Counted from the first letter of the stretch, positions 1 through 13,725 are shown. The stretch is 64,000 nucleotides of DNA from Octopus sinensis (GCF_006345805.1 NC_043021.1:1488001-1552000), one strand, 5' to 3'. Made by a program: numbers and translations. The notes: a model not told the origin generated them from the letters alone.

Positions 1-415
1 ATGTTAATGGTTTCTGTTAAGGCTCAGCAATTTTTAAACGAGTTCTTGACTAGAATTTGGTTTGTCATCTGTTAAAATAACTTTCAGTTCTTTAGACGTT
101 CACATGATTAACAAGGCTAACGTGGGGTGGCTAGAAATAGCAGTCAAATTACTCTCAGATCCATACAACATCATGCAATTGTTCAGTCTAGGAGCCCAAT
201 AACAAATCAACTTAGTTGTTTATGAAAGAAATCGATATTTAGAGAGTGAAAACGTGTTTTTCTCTCTTTTTTGCTGGAGCACCGACTTTGGTCGAGCAAA
301 TCGACCCCAGGACTTATTCTTTGTAAGCCTTATTCTATCGGTCTCTATTGCCGTAAACACAGCATCGGTTGCCAAGCGATGTGGTGGTGGGGGGGGGGCA
401 ACATATACATACTCT

Positions 416-449
<34 letters not shown>

Positions 450-498
450 GTGTGTGTGTGTGTTTGTGTGTATGTATATGTGTACATATACATACTCT

Positions 499-539
<41 letters not shown>

Positions 540-544
<5 letters not shown>

Positions 545-2327
545 ACGGGAAGCTTTATGAAAATAAACAAAAGACGAAGGCAGGTGGAAAACAAACGACA
601 ATTGTATTAGTATGGCGCTCAGGAAATATAAATAAAACAAGTCTTTAACGTTTCGAGCCTACGCTCTTCAACAGAAAGATACACAGAGAGAGAAAAACAC
701 AGAAAGAAGGAGAGAAAAAAAAATGCGTGCAGTAGCTAACGAATCAACATGGCGATCTGATTTCGGCCAGAGGTCAAAGATCAAACATGAGACGCGAGAG
801 CGAAATAAGGGGAGATAATAGGTTGAGGGACCAGCTAAAAGTGCGTGGGAGGGGTCTGGATGTGTGTATGTATAGGGTTGGTGTATGTATTAGTATGTAT
901 AAGGGTGTGTGTGTGTGTGTGTGTGTATGAGAGAGTATAGTGCGTGGGATTGGTCTGGACGTGCGTATGTATGGGGTTGGTGTATGTATTAGTATGTATT
1001 AGTATGTATTAGTACGTATTGGTATTTATAGGTGTGGTGTGTGTGGGTGTGAGAGAGTATAAGTGCGTATGCGGGGTCTGGACGTGTGTATGTATAGGGT
1101 TGGTGTAAGTATTAGTATGTACTAGTATGTATTAGTACGTATTAGTATGTATTAGTTGGTGTGTGTATTAGTATGGCACTCATATGTGATGTGATGTGTA
1201 AAGTCATGTGGTGTGGGGAGGGGAGAAGAGGGGGAAGGGGAGGGGGAGGGGAGGGTGAAGAGGAGAGGATGGGGAGAAGGAAGGGGAGGAGAGGGATGAA
1301 GGAGGAAAGAGGGAGAGGGGGAGAGAGAAGGGGAGTGAGGGAGCAGAGGGAAGAGGAAGAGGGAGGGAAAAGAGGAAGAAGGGAAGGGGAGTAGGGTTGA
1401 AAGGATGAAGGACTGAAGAAGTGGGGGTCGGGGGGAGAAAGGATAGATGAGGAGGGGGAGAGGGGGTTAGATGAGGAGGGGGGGAGAGTTGAGACCAAAT
1501 GGCGTATAAGAGCGAAGAGAGAAGATTAATTCCTGTTCACGGCGCAAACGGGAATCCGGATGGCCTCTGTAAGGACAAACCGAACACAGATAGGTGTTGC
1601 AAGGAGTGACCGTTGGAGCGGAAATGGCGTGAGACCGTTGTGTCGTTCGCAAGGTGGATGTCACGAAGGTGTTCCGCGAACCGGTCAGCCAAGCGGCGTC
1701 CCGTTTGTCCGATGTACAAGGAATTGCAGAGAGAGCAAGAGATGCAATAGATAATATTGCTGGAGGTGCAGGTGAAGGAGTGGATGATGGGATAGGGTCG
1801 ATGGTGGGTGCTAGTGAGGCGGGTGGTGTTGGAGAGGTAAGGGCAAGTGCGGCAACGTGGGCGGGAGCAGGGGAACGAGCCGGGTTGGGAGGTAGGGTCA
1901 GGGAAGGAGCTATGGACCAAAAGGTCTCGAAGGTTGTGGGCTCGTTTGAAAGAGGGGAGGGGTCGGTTTTTAGGGAAGAGGTGTGAAGTGGACGGGTCGG
2001 ACTGGAGATGACGGAAAGCTCGAAGAATGGTGCGTTGGAGACGTAGGGTCGTGGTGGTAAGTGAGGGGAAAAGGGAGGCGGGAGACTACAGGGCGGGTTC
2101 GGGGAGAGAGAGCAGATACACGGTCCACGGACCGTGCTCTGGCAAGGGCGGTGTGGATAGTGGTGAGGGGGTATCCACGTAGGGTGAAGTGGTGAGCCAT
2201 ACGTTGAGACTGAGTCTCAAAGTCATGGTCGTCACTACAGAGCCTACGTAGACGGAGGAATTGGGAATAGGGGATGGAAAGCTTGGTGTGTTCTGGGTGG
2301 GAGGAAGAGAAGTTGAGGTATGAGATA
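540..2327 (-). mobile_element. Penelope-like retroelement (Neptune-like), 5'-truncated: RT thumb, Cys linker, GIY-YIG endonuclease, 3' UTR
   Basis: Minus-strand translation SYLNFSSSHPEHTKLSIPYSQFLRLRRLCS..FTLRGYP..NLRDLLVHS..PCSRPRCRTCP..IIYCISCSLCNSLYIGQTGRRLADRFAEH..RREQELIFSLRSYTPFGLN. Two single-base frameshifts (near 2050 and 1570); stop at about 1467. Confidence 0.88.
642..679 (-). ncRNA. Minimal hammerhead-ribozyme-like motif (A6U variant) in PLE 3' region
   Basis: Minus strand TCTTT-CTGTTGA-A-GAGC-gtag-GCTC-GAAAC-GT-T-AAAGA: 5-bp stem I, 4-bp stem II, palindromic ACGT in place of stem III. Confidence 0.55.
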
Positions 2328-3779
2328 AACGACGGGCTTCTTCAGTTTCCGTCTACCAAATCCACTCACAAGACTATAGTAGAAGATACTTTCCCAAGGT
2401 ACCATACAGTGGGATAGAACCCGGAACCATGTGGTTCGTAAGCAAGCTACTTACCACACAGCCACTCATATATATACACATACACACGACTGGCTTCATT
2501 CATTTTCCAGGAGGGTGGACTACTAAAAAATGCAGTGAAATCTGGATATGCTAGAAACAGCAGTCAAATCTCTTATATGGAAATCTTCATGTGTATGTGT
2601 GAGTGTGCGCTAGTCACCCACCCCCACATTCGCTTGACAACCGATGTCGACGAAGCTGAGCGCCTTGGCAAAAAGTGACCGATGGATACACACACACATA
2701 CACCGAGTAAAAAATTACACTGAATCGGCCATACATACATACATACACACACACATACATAGATACATACACACACACAGGAATACATACATATACACAT
2801 ACACCGAGTAAAAAATTTCAGTTATCTCTCTCTTTCACACATTACTCTCTCTGTCTCTTCACACACACTAACAGAAGCACTTCACTTACACAACATACTG
2901 TCTGTCTCCCACACCCCATCAAACACACACATGTACATCAATGCTTCGGTTACTTCAAAAGAAATTCCCTCGTCATAAAATCGCTTCCTCTTAGTCTCTT
3001 TCGCTCTCATTACTTCAAATGTTCCCGAAAGCCCATATGTAAAAAAATAAAAGTTTTTTACGGAAATCATCGACGGAAACGTGCTACTACAAACGAAAGA
3101 TCGCCGTCCTGGGATCGATTTGTTTCGACTAAAGGCGGTGCTCCAGCATAGCCGCAGTCAACATGTGGGGAAAAAAAGTCAAAACTGAAGAAGTTGGGGG
3201 GAAAGGCGGGGACAAAGTTTCACAATGCCGATTTTTGGCAATTTTCCGGAAACTCTGTATCCAAAAACGGGGATTTTTGGCACACACAAAAAAGGAATTA
3301 CAAACATAAACAAATTAATTTATCACCGAGGAAATACGGAACTATGGCGGCTGAAAATTGGTGTCTGACTTTTCGCAAAGCATTGTGGGATTATTGTTTG
3401 TATGATTTCAATGGCGCGAGATTCTGTTTTTTATTGAATATTGGTCCTGCATAGTGAAAGAAGTAAGTAAGAAATTATTATTAGACTGGAGAATGATACT
3501 CCACATCCCCATTGAGGACTTTTTCGTTTTCAATGTACTCGAGTGTTGTTGTTTCTGTTATTGTTCTGATGTGTGGTTGCATGTTCGGAATGTAAGCCTA
3601 GTACTTATTCTATCGGTCTCTTTTGATTTGTCAGACGGGAAGCATACAATCTCTTATTTTTTATACGATTTTTTAATTTGTTAAGGCCTTTCTTAATTTT
3701 GGTGTCAAGATCATGAGTCTTATTCTTTGTTTGTTTTTGTTTATGCCTTTGGGTGTAATTAGAGAAAGCTGACATGAGT

Positions 3780-3992
3780 TTGGATTTAGTAAGGGTAAAC
3801 TTTGCTGTGCTGGAACGAAAACAATTGCAGTATGGAAGGTGTTTATAAGCCATTTAAGAAACACACAAAAACCGTTAGATTCACTTTAATATTTAAATTT
3901 AATTTGTCAAAATATTTTCGTTGTTTTGAGACTGCGACTTCTTCACTGACAAAATTCCGTGCTACATCTGAGAAAGTAACAGTTAGTTCATG
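3780..3992 (+). repeat. Dispersed repeat; inverted homolog at about 13045-13240
   Basis: ggaaggtgtttataagccatttaagaaacacacaaaa...gaaagtaacagttagttc matches the reverse complement of 13045-13240. Confidence 0.75.
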
Positions 3993-4233
3993 ATATATAT
4001 GTACGTACGTATGTATAGAATTGGTTCATGTTGGAATGAGTGAATTTGAATGAATGTCAATAAAATCTTAGTGTGCATGAAAAGCTTGAGAGAGATTTTT
4101 GAAAAGGTCTTAATATTAATGTTTCCATTGTGTTTTGCTTCAGAAACTACATAGACATGACAGAATTAAATAGACATCCTTATAATTGTTAAAATTTATT
4201 TAAATTATTTATTAATTATTATAATGTGAAAAT

Positions 4234-5224
4234 CTAATATTTAGTAGACAGGCTCCTTGCATTTTTGAATGCAAGGACCCTAGCAGGCATGCTACTGATC
4301 TGATGAATATTCTCTTCATGATTTTCTTGCCAAGTTTCTTGCAGTAATATCAAAAGATCTGGCTTTAAGGATGCTTTCTTTTTCTTTTTAGGAAGTATCC
4401 CATCCATCATGCCTCAGAGGTGTTCAGTAGGGTTCATATCTGGTGATTGGCTTAGCTATGGAAGCTTTTTAATGCCATTCTCTTCCAATCAATCCTGGGT
4501 CTTTTAGTTGTGCAAGAAAGCCCTATCTTCCATAAATAGTGTTATTTAATCATTTTACCCCTGGAGGTTATAGGAAGAAGATTTTTCTATAATATGGACA
4601 CATTTATCTGAGTTTATGTATCCCTCACATTCCACCATTTCTGATTGACTATTGCTCCAAACTGCTCTCCAGACCATCACATGTTTCATTGTTGGCTGCA
4701 ATATATTCACGTGAAAATATTGGTGACTGATTCTCCAGACCCACATTTGACCAGTGTCAGAAAATACAGCAAATGTGGATTCATCAGAGAATTTGACAGT
4801 GTCCCAAAGTGCTAGTGACCTCTCTACCATTCACTTGTCCAATCTTTTCTCCATTTGATATTGGCTGGTCGAAGCAGTGTCTTCTTTCTTGCTGCTCTGC
4901 CATAATAGCCAATTTTGCAGAGATACTGACAGCTATTCTGGGACTGACATCAACTTTTCTGCTATATTGGAGGCCTTGCAATGAGGATTATCTTACACAC
5001 TTCTCTTAAGAAAGCAAAGTGTTCTGTCAGAGGGCCTTAGTCTACCTGGGTAAGGTGATATGGACTACTTTCCCGTTTAGTGAATTGAAAAATTACTCTA
5101 TTTACTGTAGAAAGTGGAATCACAATGTTTTCTGTGGTTTTAGGCTAAGTCAGCCTTGAAATAGGCACAGCATATGGCCTCTTTGTAAATTGGACATTTT
5201 TAAGGCTTCTTTTGTACATGGCAT
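4234..5224 (-). mobile_element. Tc1-like DDE transposase pseudogene
   Basis: Minus strand: VKFSDESTF, PTMKH-VMVW, F-EDRAF-H, SQSPDMNPTEHL, C-terminal SMPARVLAFKNARSLSTKY*. Several stops and frameshifts; TIRs not identified. Confidence 0.85.
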
Positions 5225-6918
5225 GATTAAACAGTTACATATAGAACCTGAAACATATAAATGTCAATTAATAAAAAAAATATAAACCTCTTCAAGTTAT
5301 AATAACCATAAAACAATGTGTTAATGGGTATCTATTTACTTTTGTCATGTTTGTGTACAAATGTATCATTGTTAGAACTGCACTTTGAAAAAAAAAAGAA
5401 AACCTTTAGTAGAAAATTAGCATTAGCTACGACACGTTACCCAACTATTAAATCTTATATTTTTCAAACTCATGCTAGGATGGAAAAATGAACGTAGGTA
5501 TGAGACTTATTTTTACACATGTATTGATGCATATAAAACATGAAATTATGTTGTCTACATACTTAAATACTTGCAATTAATTCATTGTAAGAACATAGAA
5601 ATTTGACACGTTTTCTTGAGTTGTTGCTCATCTACAATAATCTGATAAGTTTGAGGTTATTGTTGGTTGCATAAGATTGTCATTGAATTTTCTCTCGACA
5701 GAAATATCTAATCATTTTATCTATGGGTTGTGTGTGTCATGTTGATATCTGTTTCAGTTTAATTCCCTCTGCAATAGTTTCTTTTTTTTGTGTTTATGCA
5801 ATATGGTACTTTCATAAAATACAGTCGTCTCTTGCCTTACACAGTATTGTTTCTTAGTTTCACTTTAGCACAATTTTGCTCATTTTCCTCTATTTGTTTC
5901 TTTTTGTTTTTGTTTTTACAAATATAGAACTAGTAATTGCTTCAGTTTCTCATTATATTTTGTTAAATATTTTTGAATTTGAAATATTAAAATTGATTTC
6001 AATGGAAATGAAAATTCAATGTATAAAATTAACTTTAAACTAGATGTTCAGCATAAAATACAAAAGTTTTACAAAAAGAATTGTCATCATCATTTAATGT
6101 CCATTATCTATGCTGGCTTGGGTTGGACAGTTTCATCAGAGCTGGTAAGCTGAATGTCTGCAGCAGACTCCAGTCTGATTTGTCATTGTTTCTATGGCTG
6201 GATGCCCTTCTTAACATCAAGCACTCCATGAGTGTTGTGGGCAGGGGTTGTGAAAAAAATTAATTGATGGGAAATTAATTACAATATATTGTCTTCTAAG
6301 GCACGGCATGTCATGAAAGGTGTCAGTCATTAGTCATTGCCTTTATAAGTTTCAACAGTCAAAGATCATGCATTACCACCTTGTCCAATGCCTTCTTATG
6401 TCTGCTTCTTCTGCCATGTAGCATAGTTGTCTGCACAGGTATAATAAATCTGGCTTTCACTCTGAAGGAGAGACCCTTAGTTACCAAACAGAGGAAGGAG
6501 CTCTCTGAATTTGCTCAGCCTATTTTTATTCTTGCAGCCACACTCATCCACCTCTGCTACTGACTTTGTTGCTCAACAATCTTTATCGTACTCATCTGGT
6601 ATTTGATGAAGCCCATTTTCTGTACACTTTTAGTGTTTACTGTACATGTGCACCTTCCACATACAAAATATATTTTCCCAGTTTACCTTCCTCTGATATT
6701 GCTACACCTATTATGTGTTATACAGAGTACATCTACCTACCTATTTCCTTCATATTGAGGATGGCCATGTACCTGAAGGGCTTTACGATTTATCAGTTTT
6801 TCTACTTCCTAAGACTTTGGGTTAGGGTTGGGTAGGTTAATTCTGTGACCTTTCAATTCTAGACCTTGCTTCCGTACGCACAATTTGTTCTCTAGTTCTG
6901 GTAGAAGAAGCTCATTAG

Positions 6919-8777
6919 TAAATAAGTGTGAAAACTCTTTGCTTTCACAAACACTTTATGTACACTGATTGAAGCAATGAAAAAAAAGGTCCTCGGTATA
7001 CCTGAAACGTGAAGGAAAATATTTGGATAATGAAACGAATAATGTATGGCTAATTGAATGTAGTGTACCTCTATGCCCTCCCCAATTCCTTTGAGAGAAG
7101 CAAAGAAGACTAATAATATGTATTAAATGATTAACGAAAATAATAATTTGTGCAAGAGACCCTTAATCAATATTGACGGTGTGACGATGAAGGAGCAACG
7201 TGTCAGTTGTGCATCAGGCTTTTGTGTCAGTCTTTGCGAGTCTGGCAGAGCGACAAACAGGACAATTGCTGGATGGAGGATAAACTGCATCAGGCAAGGG
7301 TCACTTTTGGAAAGCAGGGCTTTCAAGGAGTGTTGGGGTATGACCACTTGTGGTAAAGGTGGGGTAAGTTGGCGTGGCTCTGTGGGTAGGCGGTGAGATG
7401 CATTTCTGGTCATGGTAATTTTGGAGTCGGGAAGTGGGCATTGGTGTTGCAGCTGCATGAGGTGCTGTTAAAGTCGGTTGAGAAGGTAGTCTCATCACTG
7501 GTGTTGGCGTAGGGAACGCAGGTGGTCCAGACACCATGAGCAGTGGGGTGTGGGGAAGAAGCAGTATATACTTCCAGAGGAATTTTGTTGCACAGTGTGA
7601 CTCAGCCTGATCCATCCACTCTCAACATGTACGGATCGAAATGACGTACATCTAAATGGCACCAGTTTTCTCCCCATTTGTAGGATTGGGTCAAACTTGG
7701 CTCTGGATTAGGACATAGTTCGAAAGAAGTGAGCATGTGTGTTTTGACAACCGTTCAGTAACACTCATGTTGTGTTTACGCAGGTCTTCTTTTCAATAAG
7801 TCATAGTTTCATGCCATGTGGAATGTAGCTTGTACTTGCCGGGATGGATGTGAATAAAGTATTGTATAGGGCTGCCAAAGATGCACATGGCTGGGGACAA
7901 GTGTGTCCCACGGTCAGGTGTATTTCTTTATTGTAGCATTGTGCACTGGAAACTGTCAGTGTTAAGGAAGCCATTGGTGTCAGTGTTGTCTGTAACGAGG
8001 CCCTTTATTGTCTCAATACCGACTTTGGCGCGGCAGTTGTCATGGGGAAATGCAATGGTGGCGATTCTCCCCAATTGTGGAAGAAGGTACAATGTCAGCT
8101 CATAGCTGATAGGGCAGTGTTATGTGCCTGTGCGCCATTCGATGCTCCTTTAAGATGGTTTTCCAGACCTGTTAGGACATACCACCATTGTCTGTCACCA
8201 AGTGACAGATGTACCAATGGGTATAGGCTTGATAACTCCAAGAGGAACATTCCGGTCGAGACCTGCTTTTACTTCCTCTTGCCAATGAACCAGGACTGGT
8301 ATGGGCGTATGGTGGGCGACTAGTTTAGCATTAAGCGGATCGGTTGGTCAGACATCTTGGAGAATTGCCGATGGTTGCAGACGTTGAATGTGCTGGAGCT
8401 GTATTATTGTAGCAGCAACTTCCTCAGGTGACAACGTTTTTCCTCAGTGGCTGGGAATGGTAGTGTAGTTGGAGGAGGGGGTTGTATTTGTTGTAGGTGG
8501 CAGGTGCATACATTCTGTGTCATTGTTGCAGATGATCGATGAGGCTTGTCAGTACTCTCTCCCATGGATTGTTTACAGGCCAATCAGGTGCAGGACAGGG
8601 TACGTTGGTCATACTGACTCGCTTTTTGTCATAAATAAGTCTGACAACTGTTTGCTTTCACCAATATTTTACGCAGTCTGAAGCAATGAGTAAAGGGTCT
8701 TCAGTATACCTGAAATGTGAAGGGAAAGATGATGGATAATAAAATGAATAATATATGGCAAATTGAATGTAATGTAA
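6919..8777 (-). mobile_element. Decayed, internally deleted Ty3/Gypsy LTR retrotransposon
   Basis: RT N-terminus (AHHTPIPVLVHWQEEVKAGLDRNVPLGVIKPIP, about 8325-8130) abuts integrase C-terminal half ([31 protein letters not shown], about 8075-7560). Diverged ~150-bp direct repeats at 6919-7067 and 8632-8777 may be LTR remnants. Confidence 0.8.
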
Positions 8778-9899
8778 TAAATTGTAATATATGTGTGTTT
8801 AGTTGTAATCCTGTAATCAGCATAGAGGAGTTGCTAGGGTCTGTCTGTTTTATATTCATCTGTTATTACCTGAATGATTATGATACCAACAAAAGTCAAG
8901 TACATAGGTTTATACTTGGTTAGGTACTTCTCCTGGGGTTCTTACCAGAAATATATCATGACTGGTGTTTCTTCCTGATACAAAACCAAATTGCATCTCA
9001 TCTAGATTAAGTCTTTTCCTAATTAGTTGGGCTATGATCCTCTCTGTGATTTTCATCATCTGAAGAAATTAGTGCCAGTGCAAGCACTTTATTTTTAAAG
9101 CACACATCAGGCATATGTTAACATATTAGCAATGAGAAAGCACTCTAATCGATGTCTACCTATATACATACATATATGCAGGTAGCCATGTACTTTCTCT
9201 ACAGCGACACACCTCTGCCTGTCTCTCTATCATACTACAGGTTAGGATGAAGCCACCTCTCTCATTACTAGCAGTCCACTCATCCTTGAAATTTACTTTT
9301 TAATTTTACTAGTGTCAGTGTTACCAAAACTCTTCTCAGACATAGAAACCATGTGAAAACAGACATTAGATGTACGTGTAGTAATTCATCTCAGATAGTG
9401 TGAAATAGTCCAACCATGACAACATGAAAAACGAATGTTAAATGATGATGACACACAAACACGTTAATTGTATTTCTTATATTAATTTCAATAATTAATT
9501 TGTTTCTATTTATAATAAAAACAATTGATTTCGCATGAGAATGATTAGTTTGATGACTTGTGGAAGCAATGTACTGTGTAAATGTAAGGACAACTGTATT
9601 TATTAAACAAGTGTATATCATGATTCGACACAGATAAAACTTGACTTTCATTTCAATGTTGGTTGATATTTTGCTTGTTGTTTGCATATCATGCCTTGTA
9701 TTATAGATCCCAAATGGCCAAAGGTAAGTCGTCTTTCTTATTTTGGTGTGGGTTTGCTGTTAGGATTGGTTTTCAGAGTTTAGTCTATATTAGGGTCAGC
9801 TTGAGGATTTGTGAAGTGTTTTTAGAGAGAATAGTCAAGTAAGAGATCAAAGTTTGAACTAGGGGTTGGGATTTGGGGTGATGAGGAGAGTAGAGATTG

Positions 9900-10410
9900 A
9901 ACAGGTTTATTTATAGTGTTGATGACTGTTTTATATCGGGTTTAGCATTGAAAAGCAGGGATGGGGGCTGGGTGCTTGGATAAGATGTGGATGTCAGGTT
10001 GATCCAAGTTATCTCCATGGTGGTCTTTGGCATGTTGGTAGAGTATAGAAGACTGTTTTCTGTCGTCAAGTTGTCTTAAATGTTCATTTATCCGTTCCGC
10101 AATGCTCATAGACGTCTCCTCTATGTACATCATGTTCATGTCCTTACAAGCACTTTCTATGCATCTTATATTGTAAACAAACTACATTTCGAGTTCTACA
10201 GTTAATACCAGGGCTAATTGTGCATATGGTATTCTTAAACGGGCATGTCCTTCATAATTGTGACTTGACGGAGTTCCTTGGCTTTTCAACAATTTTAATG
10301 TTGAGTTTGGTCTCTTTCAGAGCTTTTCTAAATCTACGGGCTAGTTCTCCATGGGCTCTGGCCTCTACTAATATCACTCCTTGAATTTGTACTGGTGAGT
10401 GTGTATTTAA
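9900..10410 (-). mobile_element. Decayed Penelope-like element, GIY-YIG fragment of a second family
   Basis: GELARRFRKAL..IKIVEKP..CPF..NCRTRNVV/YNIRCIESAC..MYIEETSMSIAERINEH..LYQHAKDHH; one stop and a frameshift. Confidence 0.75.
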
Positions 10411-10484
10411 TAATAAGGCACTAAAAGAGAAAGACTATCCCCAGACACAACAGAATATACACTGTTTTCGCTAATTACTCTTTC

Positions 10485-10866
10485 ACTCACTTTTGCTACT
10501 TTCAGTTATTTGACTGCGGCCATATTGGAGCACTGCCTTCAGTCAAACAAATAGAGCCCAGGACCTATTCTCTTTTGCCGAACCGTTCAGTTACGGGTGC
10601 GTGAAAACAGCAGCATCGTTTGTCAAGCGCTGTTCGATGGATAAAGAGGCATACAAACGTATATGTATATATATATATATATATATGTATATGTATACAC
10701 ACACGATGGGCTTCATTTAGTTTCCGTCTACGAAATCTATTCACAAGGCTTTGGTCACCCCGAGGCTATAGTTGAAGACACTTGTCCAAGGTTCCACGCA
10801 GTGGGACTGAACCCAGAACACAGTGGTTCGTAAGCAAGCTACTTATCACAAAGCCGCTCCTACGCC
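10485..10866 (-). mobile_element. tRNA-derived SINE, family A
   Basis: Reverse complement of the family consensus ggcgcaggagtggctgtgtggtaagtagc...ccttgtgagtggatttggtagacggaaact...gactgaaacaagtaaaagag. About 20 full or partial copies in the window. Confidence 0.85.
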
Positions 10867-10902
10867 TAGCAGTATATATATATATATATATATGTATATT
10901 TA

Positions 10903-11397
10903 TCTATTTATAAAACTGAAATGCGAAAAGTTTGTTTGTTTGTTTGTCTGGAACGGTTTAAAGGCCACTACATCCCGTCGGATTGACTCCAAAATTTACG
11001 GTTCGTGATCAATCATTCTCGCAGAAATGCGTGCACAAACAGACACAGAATGTCATGGTTTAAAGGTCAACATGTTTAAAACATAAATAGCTACGAGTTT
11101 GCGTATATGCATGTATCTATGTGCATGAGTGCGGACGTGTGTTTCCAGAATGTCTCAGTTTTAAGGTCAACATATTTAAAACATAAATAGGTACGAGATT
11201 GCGTCTTTGCATGTATCTATATTCGTGGGTGCGGACGTGTGAGTGTTTGTGCGTGTGTGAGCACAGTCCACCTATACCCAAGCTGGTTGCATCGTCTCAT
11301 AAGAACCAGCCGTGAAAGTTCCGGACCACATTAATGAACGCATTTGCATACAAACAATTAGGGCTCGCCTTGAACTTGTCCGGTTAACAAACAGTAG
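10903..11397 (+). mobile_element. Possible degenerate non-autonomous Helitron with an internal ~100-bp tandem duplication
   Basis: Starts A|TCTATTTATAAAA followed by (GTTT)n; ends in a TAG-T-like terminus; the duplicated block spans about 11047-11250. Terminal hairpin is poor. Confidence 0.4.
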
Positions 11398-11554
11398 TGT
11401 CTGAATGGGAATTAGCTTGCTTACCTAACAAATGTTTCCGAGTTCAGTCCCACTGGGTGGCATGTTGGGCAAATGTCTTCTACAATAGTCTCGGGACGAC
11501 CAAAGCCTTGTGAGTGGATTTGGGAGACGGAAACTAAAAGAAGACTGTCGTATG

Positions 11555-11610
<56 letters not shown>

Positions 11611-11793
11611 CAGTAAGAGTGGCTATGTAGCTTGCTTTCCATGCACGTGTTTCTGGTCAGTCCAACTACGTGGCCCCATGGGCAAGTGTCTTCCAATATA
11701 GCCTCGGACAGACCAACGTTTCTGAGTAGATTTGGTACACTGAAACAGAAAGTAGCCGTGGTATATAGATAGGTGTGTGTATATATATATATG

Positions 11794-11876
<83 letters not shown>

Positions 11877-13725
11877 AGCAGTCCAACTACGTGGCCCCAT
11901 AGGCAAGTGTCTTCCAATATAGCCTCGGACAGACCAACGTTTCTGAGTAGATTTGTTACACCGAAACAGAAAGTAGCCCGTGGTATATAGATAAGTGTCT
12001 GTATATATATATATATATATATATACATACATATATATATAGAGAGAGAGACATAGGTATATATTGACAGATATATGTATATACGTATAGATATTTAAAC
12101 ATATATGGGATGGCTATAATGGGACATCCGACTCACTAGAGAGAGCAGTTAAACTCTAAAAAATAGTAAAATCTATGTCATGTCTGAATAATATATTCGA
12201 AAGTTACTTCCTCTTGCTCATTATAATTTATTAAAAGTAATATAATTACTCTCTCTCTCTCCCTTTTACCTGTAGTCCTTACATACAGGTTGCAATGCGT
12301 ATCTGCAATTATATACGACGGTATGAGTGGACGTTGTTTGATACGTACAGTTGCATTTGGGCGTTGTACCCATTCACGGTTATACGATGATGAGAGGAAC
12401 AAACACACACCCACACACACATATATATATGTGTGTGCGTCTATACAAACATATATGTGAATATGTATACAACCTTCAACAAAGTAACAGTCATGTACAC
12501 AACTTGGACGGACACATGCCAGTACACGGACATACGTTCACATACACATACACATGTACACACTGACACGTCTGCCCATTCTCATAGACACTCACATACA
12601 TACGTAGCACATGAATACAAACATACATACGTACCTACGTATGGGCATACATACGCACATGCGTACGTATGTACATACACACAAACATACACACATACAT
12701 ACATCATACATACATACATACGCACATACATACATACATACGCACAATAGTAAAACATTAGTTCTGTGATATAGAGTTAAAGATGTGATAATAGGTTTTA
12801 GGGTATAGTTTTGGGAGTAAGCGTCATAAATCACTTTCTAGCTTCGGCCGAAGGAAGTTGAAATTTGATAGCTTTGTGATGAGTGGTCACTCTACATCCA
12901 TCCATCGCTACAGGTTTATGTTTTATAGTGTGTATGTGCGTGCATATACATACATACATACATACATACATACATACATACATACATACGTACATGCATA
13001 CACACATGTATGCATACATACACATACATACATACATATATATGACGAACTAACTGTTACTTTCTTAGATGCAGCACGGACTTTGTCAGTGAACAGGTCG
13101 CGGATTTTAGCGACGAAAATATTTTGACAAATTAAACTTAAATGTTGAAGTGAATCGAACGGCTTTTGTGTGTTTCTTAAATGGCTTATAAACACCTTCC
13201 ACGCTGCAATTGTTTTCGTTTCAGCACACGATCTCAGATCAAATTACTTGCTATGCGAGTACATCTCCGTAATAGTAATATAATTATATGTAAGGAAAGT
13301 AACTCTGGAAGATGTTATCTAGTTATCTTCCTTCCGAGAGTTAATTTCCTGCATATTTTTTATTGTTAAATTATAATATTCAAGGGAAGTAACTGTAGAA
13401 GATACTTTGTAGTTATCTCCCTTAAGTATGTAGTTATCGTAATATACACTTTGTCGCTCTTAGACTCTTTCAGTTATTTCACTGTGACCATGGTGGAGCA
13501 CCGCCTTTAGTGAAGCAAATCAACCCCAGGAATTATTCTTTGTATGCCTATTACTTAATGTATAGGTCTCTTTTGCAGAACCGATAAGTTACGGGGACGT
13601 AATGTTCGATATACTGATTTAGTAGGTATTTATTTATTGTAAGAATTTCAATTATCATAAATTATGGGCTAGGAAAAGTACTAGAAACTTTTTTGATATA
13701 CCTATTGGGGCTCCTTATGTGTGTG

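Noticed and set aside
6819-6833. gggttagggttggg as interstitial telomeric repeat
   Set aside because: Only one full TTAGGG unit; expected by chance.
10252-10254. In-frame TGA in the second PLE as possible selenocysteine, as reported for some PLE clades
   Set aside because: The copy is decayed (frameshift, GET to EET), the TGA is not at an obviously conserved Cys, CGA to TGA decay is a simpler explanation, and I saw no SECIS.
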